Source: Ktedonobacterales bacterium
GTDB lineage: Bacteria > Chloroflexota > Ktedonobacteria > Ktedonobacterales > JADMIN01
Direction: 5' to 3'
Assembly: GCA_030167145.1 (NCBI GenBank)
Contig: CP126532.1
Coordinates: 1,380,001 to 1,412,000, forward strand
Length of the DNA stretch: 32,000 nucleotides
Part shown: positions 1 to 8,285 of the stretch, one piece after another
Numbering within the stretch: position 1 is the first letter of the stretch
Layout: each line of letters opens with the position of its first letter
Made by a program: the position numbers and the translations under genes
The notes under the pieces: model-generated
Databases searched by the model: none
What the model saw: the letters and a program-made list of their open reading frames with translations, nothing else
What the model was told of the DNA's origin: nothing

Positions 1-146
1 CGGTCTATTTTGCCTTCGCCGGGGAGGGCGCTGTACAGGGGTTGTGGCAGTTCCATGAGGTGGCGTGCGGTGACGACGAGCGCGCCGCTGGCTGCGCCGA
101 TGGCGGCGAAGGTGGCGCCGCGTCGAAGAGTGCGTATGAAGCCCAT
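1..146 (-). CDS. N-terminal part of an unidentified protein that runs off the window (MGFIRTLRRGATFAAIGAASGALVVTARHLMELPQPLYSALPGEGKID...)
   Basis: The minus-strand frame is open from the ATG at 146 to the window edge. It has strong G/C third-position bias, a GAGAGGA SD-like motif (complement of 156-162) 9 nt upstream, and a hydrophobic N-terminal segment. It is absent from the ORF track because it is open-ended. Confidence 0.4.
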   Translation of the reverse strand, partial: MGFIRTLRRGATFAAIGAASGALVVTARHLMELPQPLYSALPGEGKID

Positions 147-297
147 GGTAAAGTATCCTCTCATATCCTCGCATCGGCAGCGTGTGGCTGCGACTGGCAC
201 TGGGTTCATCGTGAGACTGGGGCAAGAGGCGTACCAGTTTCGCGGGCGGGTGGATTGCGGCCGCGTGGGTTGGGATATGATTTGCGGTGGTCGCTGC

Positions 298-333
298 CAC
301 ACACTCGCTCTGTATCACACACTCGCTCTGTAT
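298..333. repeat. Perfect tandem duplication of an 18-bp unit (CACACACTCGCTCTGTAT x2)
   Basis: Read directly: 298-315 and 316-333 are identical. The repeat lies in the intergenic region upstream of the partial minus-strand gene. Confidence 0.9.
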
Positions 334-384
334 ATAGTACGCGCGAGGGATAGCAGAGGGCGCGGATGGGGATGGTCTACGCCA

Positions 385-1074
385 TCATTCAGGGGTAGGG
401 GCGTGTGTGCGGGCGTAGTAGCGACGCATCTTGGAGCGGCTGCCGCAGCTATCCATGCTGCACCAGCGGCGGCGGCCGCTTTTGCTGGTGTCGAAGAAGA
501 GCCAGCCGCAGTCGCCAAGGCCGGGGCAGACTTTGACACGCCGCGCCTCTGGCGAGGTGAGCAGGTCCACCGCTGAGGTGATGATGGGCCAGAGCATCTG
601 GTCGAGCGCTTGCGATGCCTCGGACCAGCGCCATTGGTAGCCATCGGGTGAGGGGAGTAGGTGGCTCTGAGCCATGGTTTCGAGATAGGCGGATTGCAGG
701 GCGGCGAGATCCGTGGCGGCAGGGGGCTGGTGGGAAGCCAGCGCGGTGAAGACGCGGTAAAGCGTTTCGCGCAGCGCGATGGCACGCGCGAATACAGCGC
801 CAGCCTGCTGTGGATGCTGCTCCGCAGTGCGCAGGAGTGTGGCTAGCTGGTCTGGGGTGAGCAGGTGGGCGTGCGCGCTCCAGCGCGCGAGGTCAGCATA
901 GCTGGAGAGGTAGTCGTGCTGGTGGTCGCCGATTCGTGGGTCAACTGAGTTGACGAAATCCAGGCAGACGCGCCCACCGAGCAGTTCAAGCTGGGCCAGT
1001 GCGGCTGAATCACCTGGGTCGCTCGGAGGCTCGCTGCGCTGTTGTTTGGGTTGTGATTTCTTGGTCGTAGCCAT
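385..1074 (-). CDS. CGNR zinc-finger domain protein (ABATE-like N-terminal domain plus C-terminal zf-CGNR), putative nucleic-acid-binding regulator
   Basis: The C-terminus VKVCPGLGDCGWLFFDTSKSGRRRWCSMDSCGSRSKMRRYY matches the C..C...F.D.S...RRWC....CG(N/S)R.K signature of the CGNR zinc finger. Codon bias looks coding. Confidence 0.85.
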   Translation of the reverse strand: MATTKKSQPKQQRSEPPSDPGDSAALAQLELLGGRVCLDFVNSVDPRIGDHQHDYLSSYADLARWSAHAHLLTPDQLATLLRTAEQHPQQAGAVFARAIALRETLYRVFTALASHQPPAATDLAALQSAYLETMAQSHLLPSPDGYQWRWSEASQALDQMLWPIITSAVDLLTSPEARRVKVCPGLGDCGWLFFDTSKSGRRRWCSMDSCGSRSKMRRYYARTHAPTPE

Positions 1075-1102
1075 GTGTCACACGATCTCCTCAGTGAAAT
1101 AC

Positions 1103-1178
1103 TTACCGTTATTTTCGTCTTGACGGGTAAGGTATTCTCGCGTTATACTTTTACCAGTAATCTCATTTTATACGGTAA
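1103..1178. promoter_or_regulatory. Divergent control region with two copies of TTACC-N18-GGTAA and a sigma70-like promoter (TTGACG 1120-1125, N18, TATACT 1144-1149) facing the + strand gene
   Basis: TTACC 1103-1107 pairs with GGTAA 1126-1130, and TTACC 1151-1155 pairs with GGTAA 1174-1178. Both pairs have identical 18-nt spacing and are offset by 48 bp. The -35/-10-like hexamers lie between and overlap them. Confidence 0.5.
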
Positions 1179-1214
1179 TGCACGGCGAGTCAAATGCGCC
1201 GAAGGAGGCCAGTT

Positions 1215-1703
1215 ATGGCGAGGAGTATGGTGAGCGTGCCAGATACAGCGAGCACGACAAGTACACGCCTGGACGTGCGTGGGTTGCTGCGGACGCTGGA
1301 TGATGGTTGGCAGGCGTATCTGCCGGCGGTGAAGGCGCTGGGCATGGAGGAGTTGCGGGCGTACCTGGCAGAGCAGGGCTACGAGCGGGTGCGCGACTTG
1401 CTGGCCCACGTGACGGCATGGAGCGAGGAGACGCTAGGCGCGGTGGAGGTGTTACGTGGCGGCGGGGAGATCCAGCGCTACGATGATCGGGTGTTCAACG
1501 CGCAGGCTGTGGCACGCTTCAGCGTGTATTCCACTGCGGAGGTGGAGCGGCGCTTCACGCTGGCGCTTGCGGCGCTCTCGCGGTTGCTGGCGGTGTTGCC
1601 GGAGGACGCGCTGGCGCAGGAGAGCGTCTATGACTGGCTGGTGACGACGATTGTGGAGCATTTCAACGAGCACCGGCCGCCGAATATGCGGGCGCTGCCG
1701 TAG
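1215..1703 (+). CDS. DinB/ClbS-like four-helix-bundle superfamily protein (function unknown)
   Basis: GAAGGAGG RBS at 1201-1208, 6 nt before the ATG at 1215. His-containing motifs (AHVTAW, EHFNEH) and a helical pattern are typical of the DinB superfamily. The family call is tentative. Confidence 0.7.
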   Translation: MARSMVSVPDTASTTSTRLDVRGLLRTLDDGWQAYLPAVKALGMEELRAYLAEQGYERVRDLLAHVTAWSEETLGAVEVLRGGGEIQRYDDRVFNAQAVARFSVYSTAEVERRFTLALAALSRLLAVLPEDALAQESVYDWLVTTIVEHFNEHRPPNMRALP

Positions 1704-1712
1704 GCGCTGGGT

Positions 1713-1741
1713 GTGCTCTCGGCCATCAATGGCCGGAGCAC
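1713..1741 (+). terminator. Stem-loop after the DinB-like gene (GTGCTCTCGGCCA-TCAA-TGGCCGGAGCAC)
   Basis: 12-bp GC-rich stem with a one-base bulge and a 4-nt loop, 10 nt after the stop codon. There is no clear U-tract. Confidence 0.45.
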
Positions 1742-1799
1742 AACGACAGGGCATACATGCCAGGAGATGCGCGGTGCGGATTGAGCGATAAAGCGAGCT

Positions 1800-1817
1800 T
1801 GCGGCATGAATGCCGCA
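1800..1817 (-). terminator. Stem-loop downstream of the GlsB/YeaQ-like gene (TGCGGCA-TGAA-TGCCGCA)
   Basis: 7-bp perfect stem with a 4-nt loop, 37 nt past the minus-strand stop at 1854. Confidence 0.4.
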
Positions 1818-1853
1818 GGTAAGTGCAGTTTGATGGTGTGCGGGAATGAGGCG

Positions 1854-2132
1854 TCAGGGGCGGGGGGTGGCGTTGCGCTGGCGGAGGCGCAGGATGAGCC
1901 AGGGGCCGATGGCGACGACCAGTACGGAGATCCAGAGCGCCATAGCGATGCTGTAGAAGTCGCCAAAGAGCCAAGTGCCGATGATGCCACCGAGGAGCGC
2001 GCCGCCTACGCCGAGGCCGAACATAATATAGCGTCCGCGCGGCCCCCAGGATTGCGGGCGCAGGCGCGCGCCGCCCGCGAGCAGGCCAACGAGCAGGCCG
2101 AAGATGATCCAGAGAAGTACCAGAATTGGCAT
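1854..2132 (-). CDS. GlsB/YeaQ/YmgE-family small membrane protein (transglycosylase-associated protein family)
   Basis: 92 aa with three hydrophobic Gly-rich helices (LVGLLAGG, GLGVGGALLGGIIG), typical of this family. Confidence 0.8.
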   Translation of the reverse strand: MPILVLLWIIFGLLVGLLAGGARLRPQSWGPRGRYIMFGLGVGGALLGGIIGTWLFGDFYSIAMALWISVLVVAIGPWLILRLRQRNATPRP

Positions 2133-2196
2133 GGCGAGCGTTCTCCATATGACAAAGAGGCGTTACGAGTCAGAGTCATCACGCGATGGGCGGACG

Positions 2197-3477
2197 TTAC
2201 GAGGCAGGCAGCAAGAGCAGGCTGACGACGCGGAAGAGCGCGCCCGCGTCGCCCAGGAGTTGCGTGATGCTCAGGCCGGTGCGCACCTCGACGTGGGCGA
2301 AGATGCCGAACTCGGCGAACTCGTGCGGGTGATTGAGCTTGGTGAGCGCGGCGGCGAAGTCACGCGATTGGGTGAAGGGCACGAATTCATCGTTGCGGTC
2401 GTGCAGCAGGTAGATCGGCGTCTTCACTTTGGCGACGAAGGCGCTGGGCGCAAGCGAGGTGAGCAGTTCGCGCATGCCAGGCGAGAGCGCGGCGATGTTG
2501 GCGTCTACATTTTCGGGTTGGTCGCCCGCCAGCAGATGGAAGGCGGCGAGCGCAGGCGGCGACAACTGGCTGAGCTGGTTATCGGAAATGTCGGGCGTGA
2601 TGCTGTTGGCAAAGGCGTTGGTGAGGATGTTGCCTTCGTTCAGCGGCAAGGTGCCCGCCATGACGTTCGCCAGCACTTGCACGGGCACGAGTTGCGGAAT
2701 CCACGGCTGTGATTTGCCATCCACGGTGATGGCGCGGCGTCCGAAGTCTTGCAGCAGTGAGGTGGTGTCGAAGTAGCCGCCGAAGAGGGTGATGAAGGCG
2801 ATGTTGTCGCGGATGCGCGGATCAGCGGCGGCAAGCACGGCGAGCGCGCCGCCCGCGCTGAAGCCGACGATGCCCACACGCTCTGGACCGACGCCCGGCA
2901 GATGTTGCAGCGTTTGGAAAGCACGCACCAGCGCATCGCTGTCGCTGGGATCGAGGTCGTAGTCAAGCAGCGTGGTGGTGGTGAAGTTCATCACGACGAC
3001 ACCCGTCCTCGCCAGCGATTGGGAGAGGTTGACGAGTTGCTCCACATTGCGGTTGTCGCCGACGCCGGGGATCATCAGCACGCCCTCGCGCTCGCCGGGG
3101 ATCAATGGGGCGGGCGCGTCAGGCGCGTAGATGTCCAGGTAGGTCGTGCCGATGGTCGCGGGCAGCGTCATCTGGGTGTGGCGCACGGGCGGCCCCAGCG
3201 CCTTCAGCGGTGGTGGCTCTTGCTGGGTGATGAGCGCGGGCAGCAGTAGCGCGGCGCGGACATTCGCCCGGCCCATGGGAAGCAGCGAGAAATAGACGCC
3301 TATGGCGAAGAGCAGCACGAGTAGCACCCGCGCGGCAATATGACGCTTTTTCAAGCGCGCGCCACTGGCGCGGGCATCAGGCGGGCCGCTCTGTGCCGCT
3401 GGTTGCGCCGCCTCCGCCGTATCCTGAGTTTGCTGCGTTTCCGAATCCACCGTGTCGGCTCCCCACGTTGCATGCAT
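2197..3477 (-). CDS. Membrane-anchored alpha/beta hydrolase (dienelactone hydrolase / S9-like serine hydrolase)
   Basis: N-terminal TM helix (VLLVLLFAIGVYFSLL), nucleophile elbow GFSAGG (G-x-S-x-G), and downstream acidic and His residues (LLHDRNDEFVP, FAHVE). Confidence 0.85.
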   Translation of the reverse strand: MHATWGADTVDSETQQTQDTAEAAQPAAQSGPPDARASGARLKKRHIAARVLLVLLFAIGVYFSLLPMGRANVRAALLLPALITQQEPPPLKALGPPVRHTQMTLPATIGTTYLDIYAPDAPAPLIPGEREGVLMIPGVGDNRNVEQLVNLSQSLARTGVVVMNFTTTTLLDYDLDPSDSDALVRAFQTLQHLPGVGPERVGIVGFSAGGALAVLAAADPRIRDNIAFITLFGGYFDTTSLLQDFGRRAITVDGKSQPWIPQLVPVQVLANVMAGTLPLNEGNILTNAFANSITPDISDNQLSQLSPPALAAFHLLAGDQPENVDANIAALSPGMRELLTSLAPSAFVAKVKTPIYLLHDRNDEFVPFTQSRDFAAALTKLNHPHEFAEFGIFAHVEVRTGLSITQLLGDAGALFRVVSLLLLPAS

Positions 3478-3595
3478 CGCTCTAATCGCTCTAACCGTAC
3501 CACTACAGCGGCTCGATGAAAAGCCTATGTGAGAGGCCCATGAAAGTACGCATCATCATCCACTACGCCGCTCGGCGAAGCAATATCACAGCGGT

Positions 3596-3614
3596 GGGCG
3601 TCCACCGGACGCCC
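3596..3614. repeat. REP-like palindrome copy a (GGGCGTCC-ACC-GGACGCCC, followed by CTACG)
   Basis: 8-bp perfect inverted repeat. It belongs to the same family as the copies at 19644, 20142, 21474 and 30492. Intergenic. Confidence 0.8.
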
Positions 3615-3730
3615 CTACGTAAGCCGTGTACGGTCCATTCCATACAAGGGCAAGGGATTGCGCGGGCAGACGGGAATGCCCGCTCCACTGGCGGGAAGCT
3701 GGCGCGACAACGAGCGGGATGGTAGAGATT

Positions 3731-3758
3731 GGGCCACCTCCCGAAAAGGAGATGGCCC
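3731..3758 (-). terminator. Stem-loop 33 nt downstream of the proline/tyrosine-rich membrane protein gene
   Basis: GGGCCACCTCC-CGAAAA-GGAGATGGCCC: 11-bp stem with one mismatch. Confidence 0.4.
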
Positions 3759-3790
3759 GTGTGCTGGTGGCTGGCGCACCATGGCCAGCA

Positions 3791-5428
3791 CTACTTCACG
3801 GCCTTCCAGCCGTCAACCTTCCAGGAAGTACCCTCCTGGATGGCAAAGAACGTCAAGGCAAGGCTTTGGTTGATGGGTATGCCTTGATAGGTTCCGGCAA
3901 TCCGCAAGTCAGTGTCTACGGACGCTTCGCCTGACTGGATTTTGTACGTCGAGAGTCGCGGCTGGCACGTGGTCCATTTCACGCCAGCGGGCATGCCAAA
4001 GTAGTCTAGGGACTCGAATTGGCTCTTCGAGATGTCCTGCTTAATCCCGCTCGAAAGCAGGTTATACGCCGAGTCCAGGTGGTTTGCCTTCAGGTAGCCA
4101 CAGAACTGGTTTATGGTATCCAGCGGCGCCAGATCGGTGCCGAGCAGCGACTGATCAATGCTGCTGATCTTCCAGGAGCCGCCCTCGACATCCAGCGAGA
4201 TGGAGCCAGACTGCGCGCCGCGCGTGGAGCGTGTGACGCTGGCGCCCAACGTGGTGGCAGTGTCGGTGTTGCTGGTGGCGATGGTGGTCAGGTTGCAGGC
4301 GGTGACGGGGCCGTCAACCAGATCCCACAGGCCGGTGGCCGAGGTGAAGAGCGCGGTGCTGCTCTGGCTGGTGAGGGCGCTGCCGAGATAGCTGTACGCG
4401 GAGGTGTAGTTTTTGCTGATCATCGCCGCGCAGAAGCCCTGTACGGTTTGCAGCGAAGTGAGGTTTACGCCCAACAGCGACGTGTCAATGGCGTCAATCT
4501 TCCAGCCGTTCTCGTTTTTCAGGTGCAGCGCGCCGGAGAGGCTGCCCTGCGTGTTGCGGTCAATGACGGCTGAGACAGTCGCGGTGCTGGCGCCGAGGCT
4601 ATACTGGTAGGCGTTGCCGCTGGTGGAGGGCTTGCAGCCGGTGACTTGTCCCTCGGCGGTGTCGAGTACCTGCGAACCTTGCGAGAACTGTTGGTGCGTG
4701 TACTGGCCCTGCATCTTGGCGGTGAGCATGTCATACGCGGCATCGTAGTTCTGGCTCTTGAGGTTAGCGCAGAACTGGATCGCGGCATTGGCTGGCGCGG
4801 ACAACTGCTGGAGCGCGAAGGCGACGCCACCTCCGGAAGCCGCGAGCAATACGGTGACCACAGCGAGGGAGATCCACAGCTTCTTGTGGGATTTCTTCGG
4901 CTGGGCGGGGGCCATCGTCGGGAATCCCTGCGACGGCGCACCCGGCATGCCGTAGGGATACATCGGCATAGAAGGCCCGCCGGGCTGCCCATAGGGATAC
5001 ATCGGCATGGATGGCGCGCCCGGTTGCCCGTAGGGTGGCATGGGCTGCGACGGGTCGGCTGGCACGCCATAGGGATACATCGGCATGGATGGCGCGCCGG
5101 GCTGCCCGTAGGGTGGCATGGGTTGTGAGGGGTCTGCTGGCTGCCCGTAAGGATACATCGGCTGGGAAGGCGGCGTTGCGTAGGGATTCGGTGTCTGCCC
5201 CGGCTCAGTCGCTGGCTGCCCATAGGGATACATCGGCATAGATGGTGCGCCCGGTTGTCCGTAAGGGTACATCGGCGTGGACGGCGCGCCGGGCTGTGGG
5301 TACTGCGGGTACTGCGGGTACTGCGGGTACTGTTGCGATGGATCGCCCTGCGGGGCGTTGGGGTCTGGCGCTTGTGGATCGTTGCCATAAGGTTGGGGCG
5401 ACGACCCCGGCCAGTTGGGGTTTGACAT
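3791..5428 (-). CDS. Single-pass membrane protein with an N-terminal P/Y/Q/G-rich tandem-repeat region and three C-terminal repeats of a roughly 100-aa two-cysteine module
   Basis: GAAGGA RBS 8 nt upstream of the start. MYPYGQPGAPSMP-type repeats occur about 8 times, plus QYPQYPQYPQYP. One TM helix (LWISLAVVTVLLAASGGGVAFAL). Three modules begin FC(A/G)..(K)..NY..AY..L and end GxWKI(D/S).ID.SLLG. The DNA shows matching tandem repeats at 4930-5335. Confidence 0.85.
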   Translation of the reverse strand: MSNPNWPGSSPQPYGNDPQAPDPNAPQGDPSQQYPQYPQYPQYPQPGAPSTPMYPYGQPGAPSMPMYPYGQPATEPGQTPNPYATPPSQPMYPYGQPADPSQPMPPYGQPGAPSMPMYPYGVPADPSQPMPPYGQPGAPSMPMYPYGQPGGPSMPMYPYGMPGAPSQGFPTMAPAQPKKSHKKLWISLAVVTVLLAASGGGVAFALQQLSAPANAAIQFCANLKSQNYDAAYDMLTAKMQGQYTHQQFSQGSQVLDTAEGQVTGCKPSTSGNAYQYSLGASTATVSAVIDRNTQGSLSGALHLKNENGWKIDAIDTSLLGVNLTSLQTVQGFCAAMISKNYTSAYSYLGSALTSQSSTALFTSATGLWDLVDGPVTACNLTTIATSNTDTATTLGASVTRSTRGAQSGSISLDVEGGSWKISSIDQSLLGTDLAPLDTINQFCGYLKANHLDSAYNLLSSGIKQDISKSQFESLDYFGMPAGVKWTTCQPRLSTYKIQSGEASVDTDLRIAGTYQGIPINQSLALTFFAIQEGTSWKVDGWKAVK

Positions 5429-5917
5429 GACAAATAATCCTTCTCGGTGAGACTAAAATAAGAACATCATCTACTACGCCTTGGCGAGTGGTCCCCCGTA
5501 GGGTGGAACGATTTTCCGCGCATTCAGTATACAGGAACCGCACAAGCGGCGCTACACGTCTGGGCCGATTCCCGCGCGGTGCAGCGCTTCCACTCAGTGA
5601 CGAACAAGCGATGGAAATTCTCCGCTGATGCCACTCGTGCGGTTGCGGCATTTCCGCCGATTTTTTGCGCCACACCTGGCAGGCGCACAGATGTATATGC
5701 AGCGTCCTCCGTTGAGTTGTACAAAAGTGTACCAACCTAACAATTTGGCGAACTATATACGCAATAATACCTAAATCCGCAGCTAGTCACAAAAAGACAG
5801 CAAGATAGAGGATTTACCTATGCCATTCGGTTACATTATCGTCTGCTCGCCGTAGGAGCCGCGTTCTACATCCTGTGTTGGCGATGACCGATCAGCCCCA
5901 TTGCGTGCGCGGGTACA

Positions 5918-7318
5918 ATGGGAAGCACACGAATGCACGTGCGACCAGCCCTGAGGAGATGTCAGCAGCGTATGCAAACGGGCCAGAGTGATGAAGCCTT
6001 CGCCGAGGAGCTAGCCGCCGAAGAGGTCGCGGCGGGCGAGCCGCCACCGCCGCCCATGCCCGCGGCGGCGCAACGGGAGAGCGGCGCGCGCCAGCGGGAG
6101 CGGCGCGCGAGTGTGTGGCGGGTGCTGCGCCATCACGACTACTCGCTGCTGTTCTGGGGACAGCTCATCTCGTCGGCGGGGACGCAGATCGCCGTTGTGA
6201 CCATCGCCTGGCAGGTGTATCTGATCTCGCACTCAGCTATCGCGCTGGGATTGATTGGGCTGGTGCAGGCGATTCCGCGGCTGATCTTCTCTGTGGTGGG
6301 CGGTGTCTTTGCGGATGTGCTGGACCGTCGCAAGATGCTGCTGGTGATAGATAGCATCCTCGCCTGCACCTCGGCGGCCCTGGCGCTCTTCACGATCACG
6401 CATGTCATCAATCTGCCGATCATCTATGTGGTGGTGTTGATCTCGGCGAGTGTGTCGGCGTTCGAGTTCCCCACGCGGCAGGCGATCATCCCGACACTGG
6501 TGCCGCGCGAGGAACTGCCAGATGCGATGTCGCTGAGCACGGTTGGCATGCAACTGACCTTTATCGTCGGCGCGACCATCGGCGGATTCATCATTGCGCT
6601 GGTGGGTGTGGCGAATACGTACTGGATTGATGTCGCTTCCTACTTCGTGGTGCTCTCCGCGCTGTTGCTGATGACTATTCCGCGCATTCCGGCTGAGAAG
6701 CGCGCTCAAGTCGGCATTGCCGCCTTCGTGGATGGCTGGCGCTTCTTGCAGGCGCACCCGATCATCCTGGCGGTGCTCTCGCTGGACTTCTTCGCGACAT
6801 TCTTCGGCTCGCCGCGTGCGCTGTTGCCGATCTATGCGAGCAGCATCTTTCATACGGGGCCACAGGGGCTTGGCATCTTGCTGGCCGCCACCTCTATCGG
6901 CGCAGTGGCGCTGACGCCGCTGACTGGCCGCATCGGGCGCATCCCGCGCCAGGGGCTAGGGGTGGTACTGGCGGTGCTGGCCTGGGGCGTGTGCATCGTC
7001 GCGTTCGGCCTGACCTCTGGTCCGCTCTGGCTGGCGGTGATCTTCCTGGCGGGGGCGGGCGCTGCCGATATGGTAAGCATGATTCTGCGCGGACTGATCG
7101 TGCAACTGACGACGCCAGATGAACTGCGGGGCCGCATGAGCGCGGTGAACGCGATGTTCGTCATCGGCGGACCAATGCTCGGACAGTTCGAGTCGGGCGT
7201 GGTGGCGGGGATCTTCACTCCTGAACTGTCGGTGGTGACGGGCGGACTCGCCTGCATCGCCGCGACGCTGGCTATCGCCGCGCTCGTGCCGAGCACGCTG
7301 AAGGCGCGGCTGAAATAA
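5918..7318 (+). CDS. MFS transporter (EntS/MFS_3-like, 12 TM)
   Basis: Repeated hydrophobic helices and the motif GGVFADVLDRRKML after TM2, typical of MFS. The start is uncertain (alternative ATG at 5972). It has a long charged, proline-rich N-terminus. Confidence 0.9.
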   Translation: MGSTRMHVRPALRRCQQRMQTGQSDEAFAEELAAEEVAAGEPPPPPMPAAAQRESGARQRERRASVWRVLRHHDYSLLFWGQLISSAGTQIAVVTIAWQVYLISHSAIALGLIGLVQAIPRLIFSVVGGVFADVLDRRKMLLVIDSILACTSAALALFTITHVINLPIIYVVVLISASVSAFEFPTRQAIIPTLVPREELPDAMSLSTVGMQLTFIVGATIGGFIIALVGVANTYWIDVASYFVVLSALLLMTIPRIPAEKRAQVGIAAFVDGWRFLQAHPIILAVLSLDFFATFFGSPRALLPIYASSIFHTGPQGLGILLAATSIGAVALTPLTGRIGRIPRQGLGVVLAVLAWGVCIVAFGLTSGPLWLAVIFLAGAGAADMVSMILRGLIVQLTTPDELRGRMSAVNAMFVIGGPMLGQFESGVVAGIFTPELSVVTGGLACIAATLAIAALVPSTLKARLK

Positions 7319-7322
7319 GTTG

Positions 7323-8285
7323 CTAGCCGCGCAGGCTGGCGCGCACCTTCTCCACCAGCTTCGCCAGCAGGTTGCCACCTGTGACCTTGGCGATGTCGTC
7401 CTGGTATTTGAGTAGTGCGCCCAGCGTATCGCGCGCCGCCGCTTCGGTGAGTTCGACCTGCCCCAAGGTCAGCAGCGCGGAGAGCCAGTCGAGCGTTTCG
7501 GCGACGCCGGGGGCCTTGAAGAGGTCTTCGCCGCGCAGCGCCTGGGCGAAGGCTACCACTTGTCGCGCGAGCGTCTGCGGCGCCTCTGGCACCCTGGTGA
7601 GGACGATGGCATATTCCTTCTCCAGGGTAGGGTATTCGATCCAGTAATAGAGGCAGCGGCGGCGCAGGGCGTCGTGGATGTCGCGGGTGCGGTTGGAGGT
7701 GAGCACGATAATTGGCGGGGTCTCGGCGCGCAGCGTGCCCAATTCGGGAATGGTGATGGCGTAGTCACTGAGCAGTTCCAGCAGATACGCCTCGAACTCG
7801 GCGTCGGAGCGATCTAGTTCGTCAATCAGCAACACGGGTGGCCGCGCATGCGAGGCATCTACGGCCTGCAAGAGTGGGCGGCGGATGAGGAACTCTGGCC
7901 CGAAGACATCGGCTATCGTGCCTGGCTCGCTCGCTACCACCGCTGGGTCGCCTTTGCGCGCTTCGAGCATGCGGATGTAGAGCAACTGGCGCGCGTAGTT
8001 CCACTCATAGACCGCCGTGGCCTGGTCAATTCCCTCGTAGCATTGCAAGCGAATCAGCGTTGTGCCCAGGGATTCAGCCAGCACTCGCGCCACTTCGGTC
8101 TTGCCGACGCCTGGCTCGCCTTCCAGCAGCAGCGGCTTGTGGCGCTTCAGCGCGAGATAGATCGCCGTCGCCAGCCCGCGATCTGCGATATAGTGACGCG
8201 CCGCGAGCGCCGCCTGGGTCGCGTCTACGCTGTCGAAGCTCTCATGCGCGCCAGGGGTGTTACCGGAAGCGATAGGAAGTGTCAC
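7323..8285 (-). CDS. MoxR-family AAA+ ATPase
   Basis: Walker A GEPGVGKT, Walker B VLLIDELDR, and a MoxR-like C-terminal helical lid. I prefer the GTG start at 8285, which has a GGAGGAG RBS (complement of 8292-8298), over the ATG at 8318. Confidence 0.9.
   Translation of the reverse strand: MTLPIASGNTPGAHESFDSVDATQAALAARHYIADRGLATAIYLALKRHKPLLLEGEPGVGKTEVARVLAESLGTTLIRLQCYEGIDQATAVYEWNYARQLLYIRMLEARKGDPAVVASEPGTIADVFGPEFLIRRPLLQAVDASHARPPVLLIDELDRSDAEFEAYLLELLSDYAITIPELGTLRAETPPIIVLTSNRTRDIHDALRRRCLYYWIEYPTLEKEYAIVLTRVPEAPQTLARQVVAFAQALRGEDLFKAPGVAETLDWLSALLTLGQVELTEAAARDTLGALLKYQDDIAKVTGGNLLAKLVEKVRASLRG

Noticed and set aside
10-576. 188-aa plus-strand ORF at the window start (and the nested 42-353 ORF)
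   Set aside because: It overlaps the better-supported minus-strand partial gene and the CGNR gene, and also spans promoter-like AT-rich sequence and the 18-bp duplication. It has no motifs.
3478-3790. Small ORFs (69-102 aa) in the hydrolase / P/Y-rich intergenic region
   Set aside because: They overlap a REP-like palindrome, other hairpins and the shared upstream motif. They have no RBS and poor codon bias, so the region is treated as regulatory non-coding DNA.
4519-5433. 304-aa alternate-frame ORF on the minus strand, overlapping the P/Y-rich gene
   Set aside because: It is on the same strand but a shifted frame. It reads the repeats as an Arg/Cys/Pro-rich product and lacks the TM and extracellular modules that make the 545-aa frame coherent.
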